This document shows positions 1 to 8,894 of a stretch of 64,000 nucleotides of DNA, piece by piece. Both the position numbers and the translations under genes were made by a program. Origin of the DNA: Pseudomonadota bacterium (GTDB taxonomy: Bacteria > Pseudomonadota > Alphaproteobacteria > Rhodospirillales > Magnetospirillaceae). The notes under the pieces are model-generated. The model made no database searches. It was not told where the DNA came from and saw only the letters and a program-made list of their open reading frames with translations. Where the stretch lies: assembly GCA_021847015.1 (NCBI GenBank), contig JAJZVW010000018.1, positions 2,860 through 66,859 of the forward strand, read 5' to 3'. How positions within the stretch are numbered: position 1 is the stretch's first letter; every line of letters starts with the position of its first letter.

Positions 1-486
1 TTTCAGAGGCCAGCGGGCGCGGCAAAGAATCCGCTCCATCCGGGCGTCCGTCACGGTCACGATATCGCTGAGCCGCCGCATCAAGCCGAATTCGATCATA
101 CCGGCGAAGAGTTCATAGGTCGCTCGTGCGATGCTCCCCGCCGTCTTCGCCTCTCTAGTGCACAGATCGACGCCGAAGCGGCTGCTTTCCCAGATGGCGT
201 CGGATGCCGGCGCAGCCTGTCCGTCCAAGAGCGCCGGGAACGTGTCGCGAAGCATTGTGGGGCCGGTCGTCGGCAACAGACGCACGCACCCTTGAATGCG
301 GTCCTGGTCATCCGTCTGCAGCAGGTACGCAGGCCGGCAGGCATCGAATTCGTCGATCTCCATGTCGCCGCTGACCTCGACGTCCCAGCCCAGACGTTCC
401 TTGAAGACGCGGTAGCGGAGCCGATGCATTTCGGCGAGGTCGTCAATGAACTCGCCATAGCGATCGGGGGTGATGAGTTGGAGCAT
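1..486 (-). CDS. LuxI-family acyl-homoserine-lactone synthase, N-terminal 162 codons (gene runs off the left edge; not in supplied ORF track)
   Basis: Own translation of the minus strand from ATG at 486 (GGAGG 5 nt upstream): MLQLITPDRYGEFIDDLAEMHRLRYRVFKERLGWDVEVSGDMEIDEFDACRPAYLLQTDDQDRIQGCVRLLPTTGPTMLRDTFPALLDG...IWESSRFGVD. The frame is open to position 1. It contains the conserved LuxI blocks (RYRVF..LGW, DEFD, RLLPTTGPTML, WESSRF). Confidence 0.85.
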   Translation of the reverse strand, partial: MLQLITPDRYGEFIDDLAEMHRLRYRVFKERLGWDVEVSGDMEIDEFDACRPAYLLQTDDQDRIQGCVRLLPTTGPTMLRDTFPALLDGQAAPASDAIWESSRFGVDLCTREAKTAGSIARATYELFAGMIEFGLMRRLSDIVTVTDARMERILCRARWPLK

Positions 487-547
487 ATTCGCCTCCTGGC
501 AGGTTTGGACCTGCGCGATAGAAGGCGATAACCAGGAGGTTTCTCAT

Positions 548-565
548 CCTGTGCAGTTGCACAGG
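548..565. promoter_or_regulatory. lux-box-like palindrome CCTGTGCA-GT-TGCACAGG upstream of the luxI-type gene
   Basis: Perfect 8-bp inverted arms with a 2-bp spacer, about 60 nt upstream of the luxI-type ATG, in the 95-nt gap between the luxR-type stop and the luxI-type start. Size and CTG...CAG arm structure match lux/tra-box operators. Confidence 0.6.
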
Positions 566-581
566 GGTCGAAGGCGGGAAC

Positions 582-1307
582 CTATTCGCTTGTCGATTTA
601 GCGGCCGCCAATTTGGCGACGGCCTGGCAGATGGTGCGGACACCGAATTTGGTCTTGGCGTTGTCGAGGTGAAACGCCGCCGTTCGGCGCGAGATGTTCA
701 GAAGCCGTCCGATCTCCCACGCCGACTTTCCCTGCGCCGCCCATTCGAGGCATTCGAGCTCGCGCGGCGACAGGGGCACACCATCAATGACACGCTCCGG
801 GGCAAGCTTCCTCCGCGCATGCGCATGAAAATACAGCGCCATGAGCTGGAGCACATGCCTATTGCGCTCGATACAGCGTTGGAAGGCGGGACGGCGCTCA
901 TCCGCGGCGAAAGTTATCGCTGCGATCGGGCCGCGGGGATCGTGCACCGGAACAGTGAAGCCGCAACGGATTCCGAATTGAGCTGCCTCGGCGAAAAGGT
1001 CGTACTGCGCCTTAGAGAGAGGCGTCGGCGAGAGCCCGATCCCCCATTCGAACGGCTCGGCATTCTTTAGCGATTCGACGATAACCGGATCCACCTTCTC
1101 ATAACGATTCCGCAGATAGTGGTCCGTCCATTTCGTCGGATAGGTCGAGATAAGGTGCGGTATGTCCCCTCGCCGATAGGGAAGTGCAAGATAAGCAAAG
1201 CAATTCAGATCGAGCGCGGCTCCTGCCCGGGCCAGCGTATTTTGCAGGTCCTCCACGTCGGTGCTGTTCGCGATGCCATCGATGAATGATTGGAAAATGC
1301 GATGCAT
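582..1307 (-). CDS. LuxR-family AHL-responsive transcriptional regulator
   Basis: Track ORF 582..1322. N-terminal autoinducer-binding-type region (YPTKWTDHYLRNRYEKVDPV) and C-terminal LuxR HTH (LSPRELECLEWAAQGKSAWEIGRLLNISRRTAAFHLDNAKTKFGV). The start is probably MHRIFQS at 1307 (alternative 1322). Confidence 0.9.
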   Translation of the reverse strand: MHRIFQSFIDGIANSTDVEDLQNTLARAGAALDLNCFAYLALPYRRGDIPHLISTYPTKWTDHYLRNRYEKVDPVIVESLKNAEPFEWGIGLSPTPLSKAQYDLFAEAAQFGIRCGFTVPVHDPRGPIAAITFAADERRPAFQRCIERNRHVLQLMALYFHAHARRKLAPERVIDGVPLSPRELECLEWAAQGKSAWEIGRLLNISRRTAAFHLDNAKTKFGVRTICQAVAKLAAAKSTSE

Positions 1308-1544
1308 GCAGTGTCTCCACATTTCTCAGAGGGTATCAAACGTGACTTGTCCCCCTTTACTGTGGTCGACGGCCTCTTCACCCCATCCAGGCTCGCCTTA
1401 TACTTTTCGTCGATGCTTCCGAACACCATTTCGTCTGAAATACCTTGCATCAACGCTGCCGTTGTATAATGGCAATGGTTCCGATTCCCATCGGGACAGC
1501 TGCTACCTGGGCCATGGTCACACGCAGCGCCGCAGCGCGTCGAT

Positions 1545-2282
1545 TCAACATAAAGCACCCGATGTGATCCGCCCGTCCCTGACGTAGATCACTCGCTCGG
1601 CATGGCGCGCTACTTCGTCACTGTGTGTGACTACGACGATGGTACGCCCTTCGTCACGATGAAGCCCGTTGAGCAGCCCTAACATCTCGGCCTCCGCGGT
1701 GGAGTCGAGGTTCCCCGTCGGCTCGTCCATCAGCAGGAGCGCAGGATCGTTTGCCAAAGCGCGCGCGATTGCGACCCGCTGCTGCTGTCCGCCGGAGAGC
1801 ATGCTCGGCAAGTGGTGAGCCTTGTCGGCAAGTCCGACCCTATCGAGAAGTGCCACTGCGGATGCAGCGGAGGCGCCGCCATTGCGGCCGCCAAACCACA
1901 GCGCAAGCCCCACGTTCTCAACAGCCGTCAGGTGCGGCAGCAGGTTGAAGAACTGAAAGACGAAGCCAAGCTTGCGCGCCCGGACCTTCGCGAGTTCGAC
2001 CGGGCGAAGCGCAGTGATTTCAATGCCGTCCAGAACTACGGTTCCCGCCGAGGGTCTATCGAGGCCGCCCATGAGCTGGAGCAATGTGGACTTCCCGTGT
2101 CCCGACGCACCCATTACTGCTGTCCAGCTCCCGCGCAAAATGCCGCACGAAACCTCGTCGACGGCGATCGTCGCGGCCTCGCCCTCACCGTAGATCTTGG
2201 TTACGCGGTCGAGGCGAATAGCGTCGGCCGTGAAGGTGACGCCGGTAAGCGTCGCGTCTCGTTGCGCCGCCAAACTAGACAT
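1545..2282 (-). CDS. ABC transporter ATP-binding protein (MacB/LolD-like)
   Basis: Walker [10 protein letters not shown], signature [15 protein letters not shown], Walker B LLLMDEPT. The start is taken at MSSLAAQ (2282), giving an 8-nt overlap with the upstream permease. The longer track ORF start (2393) would lie inside the permease gene. Confidence 0.9.
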   Translation of the reverse strand: MSSLAAQRDATLTGVTFTADAIRLDRVTKIYGEGEAATIAVDEVSCGILRGSWTAVMGASGHGKSTLLQLMGGLDRPSAGTVVLDGIEITALRPVELAKVRARKLGFVFQFFNLLPHLTAVENVGLALWFGGRNGGASAASAVALLDRVGLADKAHHLPSMLSGGQQQRVAIARALANDPALLLMDEPTGNLDSTAEAEMLGLLNGLHRDEGRTIVVVTHSDEVARHAERVIYVRDGRITSGALC

Positions 2283-3444
2283 GCCGCATGGCCTCCACTG
2301 GTGACAACTGCGCCGCTCGGGCCGCCGGGTAGAGGCCGGCGACGATGGCAACGATCGTGGAGGACAGAAGGATCGCGAAGATCGTCGATACATCTGGCAG
2401 CACGGCTGTGGGTGCCGCTTGCAATGCTACCATGACACCGTTATTCGCGGCGAAATACGGCCCCAGCAGCCGTGCTGCAACTCCGCCGAGCGCGACCCCT
2501 CCTGCGCCGCCCAGGAGCCCATACAGCATCGACTCGAGGATGAACGCCGCAAAGAGAATGCGGCGCGTGCCACCAATCGCTTGCAGGATGCCGATCTCGC
2601 GCCGACGTTCGTAGACTGCAGTCAGAAGCGTGTTGAGGATGCCGAAAGCGGCCGCAAGCACCCCGACTGCCGCCACCGCCTGCATCGCCGAGCCGACGGC
2701 GCCCACGATCGAGAGGATCGATGAGACGAGCTGCCGGTCTGACACTACGGAGACGTTCGCCGCCTCCTCGATCGCGAGCTTGGCCTGTTCGATCTGGCTA
2801 AGGTCTGCGACGCGCACGGTGAGAAACGAAACCTTACCCTCAACGCCGTAAAGCTGCTGCGCGAGCGCCAGCGGCACGAACGTGGCAATATCATCCTTCG
2901 TACCGGTCTCACGCAGAACACCAAGCACCGGCACTGGCCGACCCCGGACCGTAAAGGCGTCGCCAGGCTTGAGAGCGAATTGCTGCGCGATCGCAGAACC
3001 GAGGACCACGCCCGCTTCGTCTGCAGAAGCGAAATAGCGGCCCTCCGACACCGTCCAGCCACGCAGCGCGCGCATCTCAGCGGGCACGACGCCGATCACT
3101 GGCACCGGCCGGTTCCGGAAGGCTGTCTGTTCATTAAGGTGCGGCACGACGGCCTTCAAACCAGGGACCGCGACGATTTTGGCGACGTCAGCTTCCGGGA
3201 TCGCCTCCGGAAGCTGCTCCCCGGTCAGGACGGAAATCTGCTCGTAAGCGCACCACCCCTTCGGCGTCACCACAAGATCGGCGCCAAGGCCTTGCGCCTG
3301 CCGGTGCACATCACGGGTCAGCCCCTGGCCTATCGTGAGGAGCGCCACAAAAGCCGCCACTCCAATCGCCGTACCGGCAAGGGTGAAGGCGAAGCGCCCG
3401 CGACGCCGGACGAGGTTGCGCCAGACCAGGGTCGGAAGGTTCAC
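2275..3444 (-). CDS. ABC transporter permease, FtsX/MacB-type with periplasmic core domain
   Basis: 389 aa. N-terminal TM helix, large periplasmic segment and C-terminal FtsX-like 3-TM bundle (REIGILQAIGGTRRILFAAFILES). Adjacent to and overlapping its ATPase. Confidence 0.85.
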   Translation of the reverse strand: MNLPTLVWRNLVRRRGRFAFTLAGTAIGVAAFVALLTIGQGLTRDVHRQAQGLGADLVVTPKGWCAYEQISVLTGEQLPEAIPEADVAKIVAVPGLKAVVPHLNEQTAFRNRPVPVIGVVPAEMRALRGWTVSEGRYFASADEAGVVLGSAIAQQFALKPGDAFTVRGRPVPVLGVLRETGTKDDIATFVPLALAQQLYGVEGKVSFLTVRVADLSQIEQAKLAIEEAANVSVVSDRQLVSSILSIVGAVGSAMQAVAAVGVLAAAFGILNTLLTAVYERRREIGILQAIGGTRRILFAAFILESMLYGLLGGAGGVALGGVAARLLGPYFAANNGVMVALQAAPTAVLPDVSTIFAILLSSTIVAIVAGLYPAARAAQLSPVEAMRHV

Positions 3445-3468
3445 GGCTGTGGGCTCCCTCAGTTCTGG

Positions 3469-3957
3469 TCAGCTAATCGTGCCGAGCTTGTCGAGACTCT
3501 CGACCTGGAAGAATGGATACTTGTCGCCCATCATGACGGAGCCACGCAGGTGCAGCTCGTCCCATTGCTTCGGCAGCTCGCCCGTCCACTTCACGGGCAG
3601 ATAGAAGGCGGCGCAACCAGTTGACTTGCAGAGCCGCGCCTCGCGGCTGTCGACCAGCACGAATCCGGTTCCGCCAGCGATTGACATGCCGGCGCGGGCG
3701 ACAACGCCACGCAGGTCGATCGTGCCCTTGTAGTCGAGCATATCCGCGGCGAGTTGTTGAACCTGGAGCGTGCCCTCCGGCACCGCCACCGAATTGTCGC
3801 CCGAATTCGTCGACGCGTGTGTCCACCACGAAAGTGCTCCGGCCCCAATGACCACGGCGGCGACCAAACCCAAGACCGTCCGAAGCGAGAGCGAGGTCTG
3901 CTGCTTTGATTGCCGCGTTGTGATTGCCGCCTTGCGCTGTCGGGTTGCTCTGCTCAT
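3469..3957 (-). CDS. Hypothetical membrane-anchored protein in the ArsR-headed operon
   Basis: Basic N-terminus, one TM helix (LGLVAAVVIGAGALSWW) and a ~110-aa extracytoplasmic domain with a CKSTGC motif. No family recognised. The start at 3957 (GGAG upstream) avoids overlap with the tlpA-like gene. Confidence 0.6.
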   Translation of the reverse strand: MSRATRQRKAAITTRQSKQQTSLSLRTVLGLVAAVVIGAGALSWWTHASTNSGDNSVAVPEGTLQVQQLAADMLDYKGTIDLRGVVARAGMSIAGGTGFVLVDSREARLCKSTGCAAFYLPVKWTGELPKQWDELHLRGSVMMGDKYPFFQVESLDKLGTIS

Positions 3958-4054
3958 GACCATCTCCGTTGGCTGACCTTCCCTAAACTTCAAAAAAATA
4001 CCTCCTGCCGACTCCACCACGCTGCGCGCGCACCTCCGCCACTTGGCCGGCGGA

Positions 4055-4723
4055 TCATTTCGCGCGAGCAGCATCGGCGTCACCGAGCTTGCGGACCAGC
4101 GGCAGGATCTCTGTCTCCATTGCCTCCCGAGTTATCAAGCCAAGGTGCCGATAACGGATGTGGCCATGCTGATCGACGACGAAGGTCGCTGGCAAACCAA
4201 GAACGCCCCAGCCGACCCCAGCTCGGCCATCGCGATCGACGCCAATGCGCTCGTATGGGTCACCCACCTCCGTGACCCATCGCGCGGCCGCGCCCGGTTC
4301 GTCCCGGAAATCGACGCCTAGTACGGGTACCTGATGCGATCGGGCCAGTTCCATAAGGACCGGCGCCTCCACACGACAGGGCACGCACCAGGACGCGAAG
4401 AAGTTGACGATCGTCACGCGCCCAGCCCGCAGGTCGGCGTCCGCCAACGTCGGTTTGCCCGCTGTCAGCGCCGATAAGCCGGATAGAGAAGGCGCTGGTT
4501 CGTCCATCGTCTGCGAGGAGTTCGCAGCCGTCGTGCTGTCTCCAGGTACCGGCGCTTGGCCAGGCATCAGCATTCCGATGATGACGTAGACGGCCACGCC
4601 CAGACCGAACAGCAGCGGGACCACGACGGTAGGACGGCACCATGCCTTCCATCCCGCGGTGGCGTTCCCCGCGCGCTGGGCGGCATTTGACATCGCAACC
4701 GCCGTCTTCGCCCGATCGCTCAT
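4055..4723 (-). CDS. TlpA/ResA/DsbE-like membrane-anchored thioredoxin-fold thiol:disulfide oxidoreductase
   Basis: TM anchor followed by a thioredoxin fold with the redox motif FFASWCVPCRVEAP. ATGA overlap with the upstream ccdA. Confidence 0.9.
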   Translation of the reverse strand: MSDRAKTAVAMSNAAQRAGNATAGWKAWCRPTVVVPLLFGLGVAVYVIIGMLMPGQAPVPGDSTTAANSSQTMDEPAPSLSGLSALTAGKPTLADADLRAGRVTIVNFFASWCVPCRVEAPVLMELARSHQVPVLGVDFRDEPGAAARWVTEVGDPYERIGVDRDGRAGVGWGVLGLPATFVVDQHGHIRYRHLGLITREAMETEILPLVRKLGDADAARAK

Positions 4724-5463
4724 CCGATCCTCCCGAGCGACGGGAATAGCTGGAGCATCCAGATAGAAAAGTCGTTCAGTCGGCCCGCGATCATGGCTAT
4801 GCCCATCAAGATCATCACCGCACCGGCGCCAATGTGCAGAGCGCGCCCGAACGGGCGCAGCCGACGCGAATGGCTGATGAACTGCTCGGTAAACAAGGCG
4901 GCGATCAAAAACGGCACGCCAAGGCCAAGCGAGTATATCGCAAGCAGCGCCATGCCATCCCTACTTGCGGTCGCCGTCGTCAGAGCCAGGATCGAGCCGA
5001 GTACCGGCCCGATGCACGGGGTCCAACCGAATGCGAATGCGAGTCCGAGAAAGTAAGCGGGAACTGGCCCGCCGCCGCTGGTGAGGCCGTGATACCTCAG
5101 CTCCCGTTCGAGTGCTGGCACCCGTACCAGGCCTGTCGTAAACAGCCCAAACAGCAGCACGATCGCGCCACCGGCCAACCCGGCCTCGTAGCGGTATGAC
5201 AGGAATAGCCGGCCCAAGGCCGTGGCACTCGCCCCAAGCAGAGTGAAGACTGTCGAGAATCCAAGCACGAAGCAAACGCCAAGCCCGAGCGTCTGCAGGG
5301 CCGCCCGCCTGTCAGTCGTCTCTTCCACGAAGTCGAGTGATCGCCCCGCGACGAACGACACATAACCAGGCACGAGCGGCAGCACGCATGGCGAAAGGAA
5401 GCTGATCGCCCCAGCGAGAAACGCCGTAACCACACCCGCTCGCGAAAGCTCTAGCACTGGCAC
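4720..5463 (-). CDS. ccdA: CcdA/DsbD-beta-type cytochrome c biogenesis transmembrane electron transporter
   Basis: 247 aa, polytopic. The two conserved Cys-containing helices are present (FLSPCVLPLVPGY and GWTPCIGPVLG). Confidence 0.9.
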   Translation of the reverse strand: MPVLELSRAGVVTAFLAGAISFLSPCVLPLVPGYVSFVAGRSLDFVEETTDRRAALQTLGLGVCFVLGFSTVFTLLGASATALGRLFLSYRYEAGLAGGAIVLLFGLFTTGLVRVPALERELRYHGLTSGGGPVPAYFLGLAFAFGWTPCIGPVLGSILALTTATASRDGMALLAIYSLGLGVPFLIAALFTEQFISHSRRLRPFGRALHIGAGAVMILMGIAMIAGRLNDFSIWMLQLFPSLGRIG

Positions 5464-5472
5464 GGCCTCGCG

Positions 5473-6132
5473 TCATTGACGAGCATTCTGCGCATTGCCC
5501 ACCCATGCTTTGACAAAGCGGTCGATTCGGCCTTGATCGTAGGCGTCGAAGGCGTCGAGCCGTGTCCAGGCCGCGAGCGCGATCTTGTGCGTCATGTTCG
5601 GATACGGAGCGACGAAAACGGCCTGCGCGGCTTCGAGCTGCTCGCCCACATCAGCCCCAGGGGACTGCGGAGTCTGAAGCATCCAAAAACGAAAGTCGTA
5701 CTGCATGGCATAGTCGCGCAGCTTTTTGATCAATTCCGGGCTGGCGTCCTTGTTGTAGAGGATCTCCACGTTGCCATGCTCGAGGATGTGCACCAGGATG
5801 CGCTTCGGCAGCGCGGCATCCGAGATGAAGGTGGTCGGAAAGCGCTCCTCATGCGGTCCCGACGTTGGCGGATCGCTGTTGTAAGGATAAAGGTCATAAT
5901 TGTCGCTGCGGGGAGGGCAGGACTCGCCCATATGGCAGTGACCCTGGCTCGGAAAGAACTGGCCCGGCCCTTCCTGAGCCCCGGCGGCTGGCACTAGGGC
6001 GTCCCACAGGCTCATTTTCGTGCCCGCGACTGCCGCGACGGCCACCACGATCCAGAGCGCCCAAGCCGCGCTCCAGCGCCACCTCAGCCCAACTGGGGGA
6101 AGCGACCGCTCCCGTTGCTCATTGAAATGCAC
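5473..6132 (-). CDS. DUF3105 domain protein (membrane-anchored)
   Basis: TM anchor plus the DUF3105 signature region YNSDPPTSGPH...HILEHGNVEILY. Also carries a GHCHMGESC motif. Confidence 0.8.
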   Translation of the reverse strand: MHFNEQRERSLPPVGLRWRWSAAWALWIVVAVAAVAGTKMSLWDALVPAAGAQEGPGQFFPSQGHCHMGESCPPRSDNYDLYPYNSDPPTSGPHEERFPTTFISDAALPKRILVHILEHGNVEILYNKDASPELIKKLRDYAMQYDFRFWMLQTPQSPGADVGEQLEAAQAVFVAPYPNMTHKIALAAWTRLDAFDAYDQGRIDRFVKAWVGNAQNARQ

Positions 6133-6180
6133 GCGTTTCGTCCTCTCTGACGCCCTCTTGGCGGCGTTCTTGCCTGTTAT

Positions 6181-8289
6181 CTAAGAGTTTGCTGGGCGCA
6201 GACCCGCTTCGGCTGACCTAAGCTCGCGTCCATCGCGGACATTCTCGCGGCGCTCGAGCCGTCCAGACCCAGACCCGTCGCCCGCACCGGACTGTCTGCG
6301 AGGCAAGAGCCGGGCCGAGTTGGCGAGGATGCCGAAGTCCGGGCCCGACTGCGCGGCTGCGGCGATCACCGGTGGCAGCACGCCGATCGCGGCAAGCGCC
6401 AGACCCGTCAGATTGTAAACCGCTGTGAAACCCAGGTTGAGTTTGACCACTCCCATCGTCCGCCGGGCAATGCGGATCACTTCGGGGACAAGCGACCAAT
6501 CTTCGCGCATAAGGGCGATGTGTGCCGCCTCGATCGCAACGCCGCTGCCCGCCGCGCCCATGGCGATCCCCACATCGGCCTGAGCTAGGGCGGGGGCGTC
6601 GTTTACGCCGTCGCCGACCATCACCACGGCTCGGCCTTGAAGCTGGTGCTCTTTAACGACCGCGATCTTGTCTTCTGGCAGAAGGTTCGCGCGATAGGCA
6701 ATGCCGAGTTGGCGCGCGAGCGCGCCAGCCGTGCGCTCGTTATCACCGGTCAGCAATTCGATTTGTTTGATGCCGAGACTGCGTAGCTCTGCCAGCGCCG
6801 CCGGGACTTCCTCACGCAGCGTATCCATGGCGGCGAGCACGCCGATCGCGTGGCTGTCACGCCCCACAAACAGCAACGTCTTTCCCTGCGCTTCGAGATC
6901 AGCAGCCATGCTCGGCAGCGCCGCATCAGCAAGCAGCCGCCGGCTGCCCACCGCGACAGTGCTGCCGTCGATGCGGACCCGCACACCCTGCCCGGGGATC
7001 GCCTCAAATCCTTCCGGCTCGCCGAGCCGCTGCCCATGCTCGGCCGCCGCCGCGCGCACGGCCTCGGCCAGTGGGTGCTCCGAATAACGCTCCGCCGTCG
7101 CGGCAAGCCGCAGGAGTTGGCCACCGTCATACCGGCTGTCCAATGGAACGACATCGGTGATCCGCGGCCGGCCGAGCGTAAGCGTCCCGGTCTTGTCGAG
7201 CAGGACGACGTCGGCCTTTGCCAATGCTTCGACATACTTGCTGCCCTTGATGAGCAGTCCACGGCGCGCCGCCGAGCCGATCGAGGCGATCATCGCGACT
7301 GGCGTGGCAATCGCAAAGGAACACGAACAAGCGACCATCAAGACTGCCGCGGTGGCGAGCGCGTTCCCGCTCACGACAAAGGTTGCCGTGGCGATCGCTG
7401 CCACGACCGGCAGGTACCAGGTCGCGAAGCGGTCGGCGATCCGCTGAACGGGCGCGCGATGCTTCTCAGCGTTCTCCACAAGCCGAATGACATGGCCAAA
7501 CGTCGTGTCAGACCCGACCTCGGTCGTGCGCACGCGCAAATGCCCGAGGTGAGTGAAACTTGCGGCAAAGACCCGTGCGCCCGGCCCCGCTTCGACCGGC
7601 ATTGACTCGCCGGTAATCGCGGCTTGGTTCACCGTTGCCTGGCCGCCAATGACCTCGCCATCAACCGGGATTTTCTCGCCCGGTCGGACAATGACAGTCT
7701 CGCCGACACGCACTTCGGCCACCGGCACCTCGACTTCGTGCCCGTCGCGCTCGACACGAGCCCTCTCCGGCGCCATCGCCGTCAAATCTTGCACAGCGCG
7801 GCGGGCCCGCACGGCCGTGAACTGCTCGATGTAGTCGGCAAGGCGCATAAAGAAGACGACGATGACGGCAGCGGGCCACTGGCCAACCGCAATTGCGGCG
7901 ATGAGCCCCACTGTCATCAAAGTGTGCGAAGTGACCTTGAGTCGAAGTGCCGCTCGCACGACGGTCCAAAAGATCGGATAGCCGCCGGCAAAAACACCAG
8001 CCAACCAGAATGGCCAGGGCACCAGATTGCTCAACCTCTCCAGGAGGCCGAGCCATTCCGCCAGCACCACGAGTAAGACGACGACACCGAGAGTCGCTCC
8101 GAAGGCCGCCAGCAATCGCCCTGAGAAGCCCGCAAGCGTTGCCGCGCTGGACGTTTTCGGCACCGCGCTCGCGCCGCTGCCCGGCTCGCTGCCGGGCTGG
8201 CAAGAGCATTCATCGGCGCACGACGAGACAGACTGGACACGGTCAAGGGAAGAAGTCGAGGAGGGCATGCTTTGTTGCCTAGTCCACAA
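6181..8289 (-). CDS. Heavy-metal translocating P1B-type ATPase with atypical C-S-C transmembrane motif
   Basis: 702 aa. TGES (ITGESMPVE), DKTGTLT, TGDN and GDGVNDAPAL motifs are present. The membrane metal-site helix reads VACSCSFAIATP. There is no GMxCxxC HMA domain; the N-terminus has a SSCADECSC cluster instead. Confidence 0.9.
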   Translation of the reverse strand: MWTRQQSMPSSTSSLDRVQSVSSCADECSCQPGSEPGSGASAVPKTSSAATLAGFSGRLLAAFGATLGVVVLLVVLAEWLGLLERLSNLVPWPFWLAGVFAGGYPIFWTVVRAALRLKVTSHTLMTVGLIAAIAVGQWPAAVIVVFFMRLADYIEQFTAVRARRAVQDLTAMAPERARVERDGHEVEVPVAEVRVGETVIVRPGEKIPVDGEVIGGQATVNQAAITGESMPVEAGPGARVFAASFTHLGHLRVRTTEVGSDTTFGHVIRLVENAEKHRAPVQRIADRFATWYLPVVAAIATATFVVSGNALATAAVLMVACSCSFAIATPVAMIASIGSAARRGLLIKGSKYVEALAKADVVLLDKTGTLTLGRPRITDVVPLDSRYDGGQLLRLAATAERYSEHPLAEAVRAAAAEHGQRLGEPEGFEAIPGQGVRVRIDGSTVAVGSRRLLADAALPSMAADLEAQGKTLLFVGRDSHAIGVLAAMDTLREEVPAALAELRSLGIKQIELLTGDNERTAGALARQLGIAYRANLLPEDKIAVVKEHQLQGRAVVMVGDGVNDAPALAQADVGIAMGAAGSGVAIEAAHIALMREDWSLVPEVIRIARRTMGVVKLNLGFTAVYNLTGLALAAIGVLPPVIAAAAQSGPDFGILANSARLLPRRQSGAGDGSGSGRLERRENVRDGRELRSAEAGLRPANS

Positions 8290-8313
8290 GAGAGAAACCT
8301 GGTACCGAGCGCC

Positions 8314-8805
8314 TCATTCGACGCTTCCGGTGCGACTACGGCGCTGGGTAGGAACTCCCGTCTCGCCATCCAATCGTGCAAAGCGGTCGCGGGTGTCCTC
8401 GACAAGACACAGGCACCGATCGATCAGGTCAGCAACGCAGGGGTCGACGACCCGATAGTGGATGCTCGTGCCGTCACGCACACTGCTGACAATGCCCTTG
8501 TCAGCCAGGCGCTGGAGCTGATTCGAAATCGCCTGCGGCTTCATGCCGATGGTCTCGGCCAGCTCGGTGACGGCCATCCCCGGCCGCCGCAGCAGCGCAT
8601 GCAGCATGCGAAGGCGCGTCTCGCTGGCCAGGACCTTAAACGTCCGCTCGATCGCGCCGGCGTCCGCCCCGGCCAATAGGGGCCGTTCGGTTAGCGCCGG
8701 GCGTGGCCGGCATCCGCCGCTCGAGCTTGTTCCCCGAACGGTGCAGGACCGGCCAGCCGCCGCCTCAGCGGTGGCATGAGACTTAGGTGAGGAACGTCCG
8801 GGCAT
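8314..8805 (-). CDS. ArsR/SmtB-family metalloregulator
   Basis: Winged HTH: LASETRLRMLHALLRRPGMAVTELAETIGMKPQAISNQLQRLADKGIVSS. C-terminal Cys pairs (DPCVADLIDRCLCLV). First gene of the minus-strand operon. The exact start is uncertain. Confidence 0.85.
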   Translation of the reverse strand: MPGRSSPKSHATAEAAAGRSCTVRGTSSSGGCRPRPALTERPLLAGADAGAIERTFKVLASETRLRMLHALLRRPGMAVTELAETIGMKPQAISNQLQRLADKGIVSSVRDGTSIHYRVVDPCVADLIDRCLCLVEDTRDRFARLDGETGVPTQRRSRTGSVE

Positions 8806-8894
8806 CTTTCACTCCTACACAAAACAATGTAATATGGAGAGCGTGGAGGTGCAAGCCGCTTCCCGCCATCGGATACGTCGGTCCGTAAAGGTGC

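Noticed and set aside
1205-1558. 117-aa minus-strand ORF bridging the luxR start and the ABC ATPase stop
   Set aside because: It overlaps the luxR 5' end in another frame, has no recognisable motif, and occupies what is more simply a 220-nt intergenic/promoter region.
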